Part shown: positions 32,772-41,493 of the stretch, piece after piece
Layout: every line of letters begins with the position of its first letter
How positions within the stretch are numbered: the stretch's first letter is position 1
Assembly: GCA_963750165.1 (NCBI GenBank)
Contig: CAVVPN010000001.1
Coordinates: 32,001 to 96,000 of the forward strand
Reading direction: 5' to 3'
DNA: 64,000 nt
Source: an uncultured Gemmataceae bacterium
GTDB lineage: Bacteria; Planctomycetota; Planctomycetia; Gemmatales; Gemmataceae
Program-made: the position numbers and the translations under genes
The notes under the pieces: generated by a model
The model's database searches: none
Told to the model about the DNA's origin: nothing
Seen by the model: the letters and a program-made list of their open reading frames with translations, nothing else

Positions 32772-34139
32772 ATGCCAACTGCCGTCACCGCCGTCGCGCC
32801 CCGCCCCAGCGCCCCGTACTCCGAACAGGCCCTGCCGGGCGCCAGCCGTGCCCTGCTGCTGCTGCTGGCCATCAACCTGTTCAACTACATCGACCGCCAG
32901 GTGCTGGCGGCTGTCGAGCCGGAGATCCAGAAGGATCTGCTGCCGGGCGTGGCGGAGGAGCACGCCGGCTTCCTGATGGGCATGCTGTCCACGGCCTTCC
33001 TGGTCATGTACATGGTCAGCGCGCCGCTGTTCGGCTGGCTGGCGGAGCGCATGGCCCGCTGGAAGATCGTGGCCATCGGCGTCGCGGTCTGGAGCGTGGC
33101 CAGCGGGGCGTCCGGGATGAACTGGCACCTGAGTAATATGGGCCTGGCATTCTGGCTGCTGCTGTGTACGCGGTTGTTCGTCGGCGTCGGCGAGGGGGCT
33201 TACGGCCCGGTGGCGCCGACCATGCTCGCGGACCTGTACCCGGTGGCGCGGCGTGGGCGGATCATGGCCTATTTCTACCTGGCCATCCCGGTGGGCGGCG
33301 CCCTCGGTTACGCCTGGGGCGAGGTCTTCAAGGATCTGCTCGGCTGGCACTGGGCGTTCTACCTGGTGGCGCCGCCCGGCCTGCTGCTGGCGGCGCTGTG
33401 CCTGCTGATGCCCGAGCCGCCGCGCGGCCGGGCCGACGCGGTCCAGACCACGGAGCGCAAGCCCACCTGGGGCGACTACGGCTACCTGTTGCGCATCCCG
33501 TCGTTCGCGCTGAACACGGCCGGCATGACGCTGATGTCCTTCGGCCTGGGCGGGCTGGCGTACTGGATGCCGGCGTACCTGACACAGGTGGGGGCGCCAC
33601 CGCTGAGCCTGGGTTTCTTCGAGTTGGGGCCGCGGACGACGTTCGGGGCGGTGACGGCGCTGGCGGGGCTGATCGCGACGCTGCTGGGCGGCCTGGCCGG
33701 TGACTGGCTGCGCGGCCGCGTGCCCGGGGCGTACTTCTTTGTCTCCGGCGTGGGTCTGATTTTCAGCATGCCGATGCTGTTGCTGTTCCTGAACACGCCG
33801 TTCCCGCTCGCCTGGGTGTTCGGCTTCCTCACGGTCTTCGGCGTGTTCTTCAGCACCGGCCCGACCGCCACCGCCCTGGCGAACGTCATGCACCCGTCGC
33901 TGCGGGCCGCCGGCTTCGCCCTGAACATCCTGATTATCCACCTTCTGGGTGACGCCATTTCGCCGCCGGTGCTCGGCTGGGTCGCCGGCAGGGTCGGCCA
34001 GCCTGGGCAGCCCGACTATGGCTTTGCGTTTGTGATCGTGTCCGTCACGATGGCGGTCGGCGGCGTCGCCTGGCTGTGGGGCATGCGCTGCCTGGAGTTC
34101 GACACCCGACTGGCGCCGTCGCGGTTGCCGGAGTCGTGA
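32772..34139 (+). CDS. MFS transporter (spinster-like)
   Basis: INLFNYIDRQ, RLFVGVGE..Y...AP..LADLYP...RG, FYLAIPVG.ALGY, HLLGDAISP. Confidence 0.9.
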   Translation: MPTAVTAVAPRPSAPYSEQALPGASRALLLLLAINLFNYIDRQVLAAVEPEIQKDLLPGVAEEHAGFLMGMLSTAFLVMYMVSAPLFGWLAERMARWKIVAIGVAVWSVASGASGMNWHLSNMGLAFWLLLCTRLFVGVGEGAYGPVAPTMLADLYPVARRGRIMAYFYLAIPVGGALGYAWGEVFKDLLGWHWAFYLVAPPGLLLAALCLLMPEPPRGRADAVQTTERKPTWGDYGYLLRIPSFALNTAGMTLMSFGLGGLAYWMPAYLTQVGAPPLSLGFFELGPRTTFGAVTALAGLIATLLGGLAGDWLRGRVPGAYFFVSGVGLIFSMPMLLLFLNTPFPLAWVFGFLTVFGVFFSTGPTATALANVMHPSLRAAGFALNILIIHLLGDAISPPVLGWVAGRVGQPGQPDYGFAFVIVSVTMAVGGVAWLWGMRCLEFDTRLAPSRLPES

Positions 34140-34185
34140 GGGGGTCAGGGGGTGACAGGGGACCGTCTTTCACCCTGTCACCCCC

Positions 34186-34755
34186 TCACTCTGTCACCCC
34201 CTCACCCCATCGGGCGGGGCGGGCGCGATAGGCGGCGAAGGACGGCAGGCGCTGGTCGCGGGCCGAGACGATCGGTTGGCGGATCGGCCACGGCAGCGCC
34301 AGTTCGGGGTCGGCCCAGAAGATGCCGCCCTCGCCGGCCGGCTCGTAAGGGGCGTCCACCTTGTAGAGCACGTCGGCCGGCTCGTCGCCCAGCACGCAGA
34401 AGCCGTGCGCGAAACCGGCGGGAATCCACAACATGCAGCCATTGAGGTCGCTCATCTCGATGCCGAAGTGCTGGCCGTAAGTCGGTGAGTCCGGCCGCAC
34501 GTCCACGACCACATCCCAGACGCGACCGCGGACGACGCCGACCAACTTGCCCTGGTCCGGCCCGCACTGGTAGTGCAGTCCGCGCACGACATTCGGCCCG
34601 GAGCGCGAGTGGTTGTCCTGCACGAAGCGCGTGGGCAGGCCGTGGTCCGTGAAGCGTTGCAGGTGGAAGCGCTCGACGAAGAAGCCGCGGGCGTCGCCGT
34701 GAATCTGTAGCTCCACCAGCACCAGGCCCGGCAATTCCAGACGTGTCATCTTCAT
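34186..34755 (-). CDS. rmlC: dTDP-4-dehydrorhamnose 3,5-epimerase
   Basis: DARGFF.E, QDNHS.S, RGLHYQ, QGKLV, WIPAGFAHGF. Confidence 0.95.
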   Translation of the reverse strand: MKMTRLELPGLVLVELQIHGDARGFFVERFHLQRFTDHGLPTRFVQDNHSRSGPNVVRGLHYQCGPDQGKLVGVVRGRVWDVVVDVRPDSPTYGQHFGIEMSDLNGCMLWIPAGFAHGFCVLGDEPADVLYKVDAPYEPAGEGGIFWADPELALPWPIRQPIVSARDQRLPSFAAYRARPARWGEGVTE

Positions 34756-34874
34756 GAATCCAGGTCTCCGTCCCGTCTTCCGTGGGGCAGACATTCCTGT
34801 CTGCCTCTGTTTCGCAGGGCAAACATTCCTGTCTGCCGATCTCAACGGCAGACAGGAATGTCTGCCCCACGTTT

Positions 34875-35756
34875 CTAAAGCCGGGCCTGATGCTCGTGCA
34901 GCGCCCGCAGCAGATAGCGGCCGTACTCGCTGCTGCCCGACGCCTCGGCCAGGCGCTGCAGAGCGGCCGCGTCAATGAAACCCTTCAGGAAGGCGATCTC
35001 CTCCAGGCAGGCGATTTTCAGCCCCTGCCGCTGTTCCAGCGTTTGCACGAACTGCGCCGACGACAGCAGCGTGTCGAACGTCCCCAGGTCGAGCCAGGCG
35101 ACACCGCGGCCCAGCGGCGTCACCGTCAACTGGCCGCGCTGCAGGTACTCGCGGTTGACGTCGGTGATCTCCAGTTCGCCGCGGGGCGACGGCTTCAGGC
35201 CGCGGGCGATGTCCACCACCTGGCCGTCGTAGAAATACAGGCCCGTGACCGCCCAGTTGGAGCGCGGCTGCTTCGGCTTTTCTTCCAGGCTCAGGGCGCG
35301 GAACTGGCGGTCGAACTCGACGACGCCGAAGCGCTCCGGGTCGCTGACGTAGTGGGCGAAGACGTGGGCGCCGCCGGTCAGCGCGACGGACTGCGTCAGC
35401 AGGGCCACGAGGTCATGGCCGAAGAACAGGTTGTCGCCGAGGATCAGGCAGACGGGCTGGCCGGCGATGAAGTCGGCGCCGAGCAGGAACGCCTGGGCGA
35501 TGCCGCCGGGGTTTGGCTGCACCTGATAGGAGAAAGCGACGCCCCACTGGCTGCCGTCGCCGAGCAGATCGCGGATCAGCGGCACGTCGCGCGGCGTGCT
35601 GATGACGAGGATGTCGCGGATGCCGGCGAGCATCAGCACGGACAGCGGGTAGTAGATGACCGGCTTGTCGTAGACGGGCAGCAGCTGCTTGCTGACGGAG
35701 CGCGTCAACGGGTAGAGGCGGGTGCCGCTGCCGCCGGCCAGGACAATTCCCTTCAT
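34875..35756 (-). CDS. rmlA: Glucose-1-phosphate thymidylyltransferase
   Basis: [38 protein letters not shown]. Confidence 0.95.
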   Translation of the reverse strand: MKGIVLAGGSGTRLYPLTRSVSKQLLPVYDKPVIYYPLSVLMLAGIRDILVISTPRDVPLIRDLLGDGSQWGVAFSYQVQPNPGGIAQAFLLGADFIAGQPVCLILGDNLFFGHDLVALLTQSVALTGGAHVFAHYVSDPERFGVVEFDRQFRALSLEEKPKQPRSNWAVTGLYFYDGQVVDIARGLKPSPRGELEITDVNREYLQRGQLTVTPLGRGVAWLDLGTFDTLLSSAQFVQTLEQRQGLKIACLEEIAFLKGFIDAAALQRLAEASGSSEYGRYLLRALHEHQARL

Positions 35757-36049
35757 GGTGTCGCTCCGTGTCTGGGTGACGGACGGTTGCTGAAGTGTAG
35801 CGTAGTGGCCGCCGCTGCGGAAGGCCATCGCCACGCTTGACGCCGGCTGCCGCTCGCTATCCGGGAAGGGAAGTCAGGTCGGTTGGTCAAGGATAATTCT
35901 TGCTATTTGTTGCCCGTGGGATACTGTGGGGATTGTCCGTGATAGCGACAGGAAGAGCCGGAATAGCGAAAAGAGCGACCCGAATAGCGCAACGAAGGGC
36001 CGTCATGGCGATACGGAGCAGTTGCGGGATACTTTACGCTATTCCAGTA

Positions 36050-36415
36050 GTTCGGCGGCAAAGTGGGAGACGCGATGGACCTTGGCGACATCCACTTCCA
36101 CGACAGCAGGCTGATCCGTGTCGTCGAGTTGTCTGAGCCACACGACCTGCTGTTCGAGGTCATGTACCCTGTTGATTGGGAGAACAACGTCTTCGACACA
36201 AGGGTTATCGCCTTTAGAGACGTGCTGAACTACCGTGTTGATGAAGGGCCATTCTAGGGCGCACCCACCCTTTTGGATGCCTACGATGAAGGCCTGGCTG
36301 GTGATTATCGGCGGGTCACGCTACAGACGAATGCCGGAACTCGGTCGCTGTCCTTCAAGATGGTCGAGTTGCTTGATCCAGACATGCGCGCCGAACAAGG
36401 CGTTGCACCTGACTG
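36050..36415 (+). mobile_element. Solitary integron-type gene cassette with half attC; no integrase in window
   Basis: Begins GTTCGGC (36050); ends GCCGAAC-aaggcg-TTGCACCTGAC (36390), an attC R''/L'' pattern complementary to the 5' core. Confidence 0.6.
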
Positions 36416-36431
36416 CGGCGGGATCAAGTGA
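36075..36431 (+). pseudogene. Small hypothetical cassette protein (118 codons) with an internal TAG at 36255-36257
   Basis: GGGAG RBS; frame continues past the TAG as GAPTLLDAY...TNAGTRSL...AEQGVAPDCGGIK*. Confidence 0.7.
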
Positions 36432-36455
36432 GGGACGGAAAGAGACGGGGACGGA

Positions 36456-36510
36456 AAGGGGACGGGCACATTTTTCCCGTTGAAGGAGGGAAAATGTGCC
36501 CATCCCCTTT
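36456..36510. repeat. Inverted repeat located where the right half of attC would be
   Basis: AAAGGGGACGGGCACATTTT ... AAAATGTGCCCATCCCCTTT. Confidence 0.75.
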
Positions 36511-36610
36511 CCCTGTCCGAGGTCGGCCGTCCGAGGAGCGGCAGCACTCGACCGACCCCGCCGCCGGTGGTAGAATGACGCCAGCCCAAGCGACGCCCAC
36601 GAGGTATGCG

Positions 36611-37258
36611 ATGAAAAGCCTGGCTGACGGACTCCCGCCCGAAATCGCCCGCCAGATTCATCCCGACTGGCGCAAAAACGAGGCAGCCTACTGGGCAGCT
36701 CGCGAGCAGCTCCTCAATCAATATCGAGGCCAGTGGATTGCCTTCGCCGACGGCGCCGTCATCGCCGCCTGCAAGACCTCACTCGAGGTGTTCCACACGC
36801 CCGGGGTGGTGCAGCGGCATCCGTTCGTGACCTGCGTCGGGCGAGAAGACGAACCGTATCGCATCCGCCGCGCCACCTTCGCCTACGATCCTACCTATCC
36901 CGGACAGGCGTTGCCGCTGCTCAGCGTCGAGTTTCGCTCGGTGAACGGTTCTGCGGGATTGGCTCTGGATCGGGTCATCCCCGACACCGGCGCGGACGTG
37001 AGCGTCTTGCCGTGGTCCGACTGCCAGCAACTGCACCTCGACCCTGCCGCGGGTGTCTCCGGCCTGATCAGCGGGATTGGGGGCGTTGGTGCGGCAACCG
37101 TTGGCTTCCCGGCCTGGGTCTGGTTGGATGGCCAGGAGTATCCCTGTCAGCTTCAAGCAGACTTCGCGGGTCAAGAGCGCATCATGGGGCGGGATGTGCT
37201 CAACCGCGTGGACATCCTGTTCCGCGGTCCTGCCGGCGAGGTAATCGTCAATCCGTGA
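36611..37258 (+). CDS. DUF5678-like domain fused to a retropepsin-like (clan AA) aspartic protease
   Basis: REQLLNQYRGQWIAF.DG.VI; catalytic DTGA; IMGRDVLN; GAGGT RBS and TGnTAGAAT upstream. Confidence 0.8.
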   Translation: MKSLADGLPPEIARQIHPDWRKNEAAYWAAREQLLNQYRGQWIAFADGAVIAACKTSLEVFHTPGVVQRHPFVTCVGREDEPYRIRRATFAYDPTYPGQALPLLSVEFRSVNGSAGLALDRVIPDTGADVSVLPWSDCQQLHLDPAAGVSGLISGIGGVGAATVGFPAWVWLDGQEYPCQLQADFAGQERIMGRDVLNRVDILFRGPAGEVIVNP

Positions 37259-37270
37259 AGGGGTAGACAA

Positions 37271-37687
37271 GTGATCACACTCGGATTCAAACAATCGGAG
37301 GTCAAGCCCACGAGGCGCGCCCAGCCCAAGCTCGATCTATTCCTGAGCATGTGCCAGAGCGTCGGTGCGTTCATGGCGAAGCACGGCGGCGGCAACTTCA
37401 ATGCATTCCTTTCCCGCGCAGACGGCAGCGCGTTCTGCCTTTATTTGATGACCGATGCCGAGGCTTACGACTTCGATCTGAGCGGCAAATTGGCTACCTT
37501 CGCCGCTCCCTTCATCGAGCGCGGTCTCCTGGAGTCTGCCTCGCTGCTGCCAGCATCTTCTCCGGAAGAGTTGTCGGCATTGTTCGATCTGGATTCGGCT
37601 CTTCGGATCGAGATCGAGCATGCCCAGTTCAGCAGAGCACCGAGCCAAGTATCAGGCGAACAGGCAGCTGCTCGATACCGGGAATAA
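37271..37687 (+). CDS. Hypothetical protein, candidate antitoxin partner of the HEPN gene
   Basis: 12 nt after the protease stop, overlaps the HEPN start; acidic beta/alpha pattern LYLMTDAEAYDFDLS. Confidence 0.6.
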   Translation: MITLGFKQSEVKPTRRAQPKLDLFLSMCQSVGAFMAKHGGGNFNAFLSRADGSAFCLYLMTDAEAYDFDLSGKLATFAAPFIERGLLESASLLPASSPEELSALFDLDSALRIEIEHAQFSRAPSQVSGEQAAARYRE

Positions 37688-38060
37688 CGGTACGCCGCTC
37701 AGCATTCTCGATGGGTGCTGGGCCGCCGTCGTCGCTTTTTATGCAGCGCTTCACCTTGTAGACCGTCTCGGCGCGGCAGCCAACCCTCAAATACACCCGA
37801 CGCCCCCAGGCGCGCACGGCAAGCGACTGCGATTCCTTTACGCGAACCATCGCGCGATTTACGCAGACTATAACGACCTGAAAACCGCCTCCGAGATTGC
37901 ACGCTACGGCACCCTGAATCAGTTCACCCGAGCCTTCCCTGGAACCACCGTTCAAGACATTCTGATCGATCAAAAACTTGTCGCTATAGAAACTTACGTC
38001 AACAATTTTTTCAATCCGCCGGCCCCACCACCTCCGCCAGGCGTCGCGTTGGGGAGTTAG
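37620..38060 (+). CDS. HEPN-like domain protein
   Basis: H..KY..N, W..VVAFYAALHLVD, HGKR, Y..L..ASEIARY. Confidence 0.7.
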   Translation: MPSSAEHRAKYQANRQLLDTGNNGTPLSILDGCWAAVVAFYAALHLVDRLGAAANPQIHPTPPGAHGKRLRFLYANHRAIYADYNDLKTASEIARYGTLNQFTRAFPGTTVQDILIDQKLVAIETYVNNFFNPPAPPPPPGVALGS

Positions 38061-38231
38061 AAAGTTTCCTCCGATGACTTGATTGGCCCGGTCAGCGGGC
38101 CGGCCAGGCGCTTGCGACCGGGGCTTGTGCGCGGCTGAACCCTTGAACTCCTGGCTTCCCAACGGTAGCCCCTGGCAACCGCAGACTTCACAGAACACGC
38201 TCAACAATCGCCGCCGCATCCTCCCCCCGTT

Positions 38232-38348
38232 GTGGCACGGTCTCCCGACCGTGTCACTGTCTTTGACCGAAGGTCTCCTCTTGTTGTCGCTGGAAGGCGG
38301 AGGAGACCTTCGGTCGGGCCAAGTAGCCTGGTCCGGAGACCAGGCCAC
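38232..38348. repeat. GTGG/GTAG REP composite (CACGGTC-TCCC-GACCGTG family); related copy 58765-58792
   Basis: GTGGCACGGTCTCCCGACCGTG, GACCGAAGGTCTCC/GGAGACCTTCGGTC, GTAGCCTGGTCCGGAGACCAGGCCAC. Confidence 0.8.
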
Positions 38349-38522
38349 AACGCAAGTGGGCCTGCCCGCTTTCCCGACGCTCGCCGCCACGCCGCGGTTA
38401 CGCCCGACAACCCCTTCGCGACCTGCCCCAAAGCCGCGCGGCGCCGCCCTTCGGATATACTGGAAGAGAAGTCCGGGGCCGTCCCCTTTCAAGCGCCGAC
38501 CCGGCGCCGCTAGGATGGGACC

Positions 38523-41129
38523 ATGACGTTTCTCTTTCCCCTGGTGCTCGGCGGCCTGGCGCTGCTGTCCGTGCCGCTGGTGCTGCACCTGATTTCGCGG
38601 CGCAAGCCGAAGACGCTGCCGTTCCCCGCGTTCCGCTTTCTGGTGCAGCGCCGCCGCAGCCACCTGCGCAAACTCCGCCTGCGCCAGCTCCTCTTGCTGG
38701 CGCTGCGCCTCCTCGTGATCGCCGCGGTGGTCCTCGCGGTGGCACAGCCCAAGGTATTCCACGACGCGCTGCAACTGGCCACGCAGCGGCCCACCGCAGT
38801 GGTGCTGCTGTTCGACACCAGCTCCAGCATGGACTACCGCTCGCAGGAGAACCATGCCCGGCTCGACGAGGCCAAACGCCTGGCCCACGAACTGCTCGAC
38901 CAGCTCGGCCCCGCCAGCCGCGTCATCGTCCTGGACAGCGCCGAGACGCGCGACCTTGGCCCGAAGTCCTGGCTGGCGCGCGATGAGGCCCACAAGGCCA
39001 TCGACCAGTTAAAACTGCGGCCGGCCAACGCGCCCGTGACGGCGTGGCTGCGCCAGGTGTATGCGTTGTTCGATAAGACCGCCCGCGACCCGGACCTGGA
39101 GGTGCGGCGCATGCCGCGGCTGCTGTGCGTCTACTCCGACCGCACCGCCGCTTGCTGGGACACGAAGGCCGTGCCCGCTCTGCACGACGGCCGCGAAGCG
39201 GTGCCGCCGTCGCTGGAGCAGTTGCACAAAGTCTACGGCACCCTGCCGGCGCTGATCGAACTGCTGGGGCAGTTGCGCCAGCAGCTGCCACCGGCCGACG
39301 GAGAGAATTTTGGCGATCTCACCCTCACCGGCCTGCTGGGCCAGCTGCGCAAGCGCGCCCCCGTGTACGGCCAGGAAGATTACCCCGACCGCAAGATTTC
39401 CGACCTGGTCGCCAGCGTGCGCGGCGAGGCGCGGCAGCTGACCGTGCAGTTGCAGAAGCGTGAGGCGAAGGATGAGGCGAAGGCATATCGCGACCGGCTG
39501 ATCCGGGCGCTGCAGGCGCTGCAGCGCGACCTGCGCGGCGTGCGCGAGGTCTTCTTCGACGTGGGCACCGATGAGCCGCTGGACCGGGCCATCGTGGACC
39601 TGCACTTCCCGGAACTGACCGGCCGCGGCGAACGGCTGGTCTTCGGCAAGGACGAAGGCTTCGACCTGCGTGTCACGCTGCGGGCGACCGGACAACGCAT
39701 GAACGCCCAGGTGGCGTGCGAAGTCGATGGCAAGACCGTGGGGCCGGACAAGGCGGCGGTGATCGACAAGGACCAGACCGGCGAGGTCGTCTTCGTGGTC
39801 CCGCCAACCAAACCTGGCACGCATCATGTGCGAGTCATGCTGCGCGGCACGGACGCGCTCGCCGCCACGGACCAGCGCTTCGCCACGTTCACGGTGCGGC
39901 AGCCGCGCCGCGTCCTGGTGGTGGCCGACCCCGAGAAGGCCGCCGCCGCGGACATCTGGAAGCGTGCCGTCGAGGCCCGCAGGGACTACCTGCTGGACTG
40001 CGAGGTAAAACAGCCGAAGCAGCTCCTCGCGGCCGACGCCGAGCCACTGGACCGCTATCGGGCCGTCTTCCTGTATGAGGTGGCGCAGCCGCAGGAATTG
40101 TGGCCCCTGCTGAACGGGTACGTGAACCGCGGCGGCGGTCTGTGCGTGCTGCCGGGCGGCGCCGAACTGAAGCCGGCAGCTTACCAGGCGGCCAAGACGC
40201 TGTTGCCGGCCGAGTTGGTCAAGGTGGCCGATGCGGGCAAGCTCGGTGTGCCGCTGGACTGGAACGACCCGGCGGTGTTCCAGCATCCGCTGCTGCGGCC
40301 GATTGGCGAATGGAAGAAGGCGTATCCGCTGGATTTCATCGAGGCGCCGCGGCGGGCGTACCGTTACTGGGAGGTGAAGCCCACGGACGCCCGGACGCTG
40401 CTGACCCTCGCCGACGGCAAGGCGCGGCCGCCGGTGCTGCTGGAGCGGCAGCACGGCGGCGGTCGGGGCGGCCGCGTGCTGTTGTTGACCACGACGGTCG
40501 ATAACCGCCGGAACCCGGAGTGGAACAACTTCATGGAGTCGGACACCGCCTTCTGCGTGGTGCTGCCGGGCCTGACCGCCAACTACCTGGCCGGCGATCC
40601 CGAGGACGTGCGGCTCAACTTCACGGCCCGCGCTCGCCAGGCCCCGGTGGTGCCGCTGCCGCTGGAGGGCCACGCCGCCGCGTACCAGCTGGTCGCCGAC
40701 CTGCTCGCGGTGCAGCCCACCGGCAACAAGGCCGCCGTCCCGCCGCTGCGGCCCAATGTGGAGGTGGATGGCCAGGTGCCCGGCGACGGCAAGAACGACC
40801 TGCAACTGCCGCAGGCCGTCGAGCCCGGCAACTACACGCTGAAGAAGTTGAAGAACAAGGACAGCGTCGTCGCCCGCTTCAGCGTCAACACGCCGCCGGA
40901 GGAGAGCGACCTGACGCGCGTGCCGCTGCTGGAGGTCGAGGCGCTGCTGGGCATCGACTCCGTGGTGACGGTCGGGCAGGACATGCCGCTGGCCGAGGTG
41001 CTGCGGCAGCAGTGGGGCGAGCCGCTGGAGTTGTTCCCGTATTTGATGATTCTGTTGCTCTTTGTGCTGGCGCTGGAGAACTTGCTGGCGAACAAGTTCT
41101 ACCGCCGCGAACCGGAGGCCGCGTCATGA
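38523..41129 (+). CDS. BatA N-terminal double-TM / vWA-like membrane protein
   Basis: MTFLFP..L.GL...PLVLHL..R.KPK...FPA.RFL; LLFDTSSSM; C-terminal VN.PPEESDL and ELFPYL...ALE..LAN. Confidence 0.85.
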   Translation: MTFLFPLVLGGLALLSVPLVLHLISRRKPKTLPFPAFRFLVQRRRSHLRKLRLRQLLLLALRLLVIAAVVLAVAQPKVFHDALQLATQRPTAVVLLFDTSSSMDYRSQENHARLDEAKRLAHELLDQLGPASRVIVLDSAETRDLGPKSWLARDEAHKAIDQLKLRPANAPVTAWLRQVYALFDKTARDPDLEVRRMPRLLCVYSDRTAACWDTKAVPALHDGREAVPPSLEQLHKVYGTLPALIELLGQLRQQLPPADGENFGDLTLTGLLGQLRKRAPVYGQEDYPDRKISDLVASVRGEARQLTVQLQKREAKDEAKAYRDRLIRALQALQRDLRGVREVFFDVGTDEPLDRAIVDLHFPELTGRGERLVFGKDEGFDLRVTLRATGQRMNAQVACEVDGKTVGPDKAAVIDKDQTGEVVFVVPPTKPGTHHVRVMLRGTDALAATDQRFATFTVRQPRRVLVVADPEKAAAADIWKRAVEARRDYLLDCEVKQPKQLLAADAEPLDRYRAVFLYEVAQPQELWPLLNGYVNRGGGLCVLPGGAELKPAAYQAAKTLLPAELVKVADAGKLGVPLDWNDPAVFQHPLLRPIGEWKKAYPLDFIEAPRRAYRYWEVKPTDARTLLTLADGKARPPVLLERQHGGGRGGRVLLLTTTVDNRRNPEWNNFMESDTAFCVVLPGLTANYLAGDPEDVRLNFTARARQAPVVPLPLEGHAAAYQLVADLLAVQPTGNKAAVPPLRPNVEVDGQVPGDGKNDLQLPQAVEPGNYTLKKLKNKDSVVARFSVNTPPEESDLTRVPLLEVEALLGIDSVVTVGQDMPLAEVLRQQWGEPLELFPYLMILLLFVLALENLLANKFYRREPEAAS

Positions 41130-41212
41130 GCAGCACCGAACTGACCTGGCAACTGGTCGATTCGTGGACAAAATCCGGCTGGCTGATCCTCGGCGGCGCC
41201 GCGGCGTTGCTG
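41109..41212 (+). repeat. Diverged direct repeat copy A (BatA 3' end plus first 29 codons of the downstream GATase-like gene); partner 44228-44331
   Basis: 104 bp, 10 mismatches by manual alignment. Confidence 0.93.
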
Positions 41213-41493
41213 GGCGTCTCTGGCATCCTTGCTCTGACAGACGACGCCACCGCACGCCCTGCCGTGCCAATCCCCTTCCGTCCCACGACGGCACTTCCCC
41301 CTTGCTCGCCGCCGCGTTTCGGCTATCCTGTAGCTATCCTGCCACCCCGACCGCTCCCCCCGCGGCCGGAACTGCATCGCCCACCGCGTTCGGTCGCACA
41401 ACCCCGTCGGGAATGTCGTTGCATTCCGCGGCGCGGTCGGCGACAATGGTTTTACTGCCGGACTTTCCCACCTACCTCTTGGGGGTACGCCTC

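Noticed and set aside
36255..36257. In-frame TAG as pyrrolysine or amber recoding
   Set aside because: Other genes here end in TAG (sucB, lpdA, RRM) and no pyl genes are seen; a nonsense mutation in an immobilised cassette is simpler
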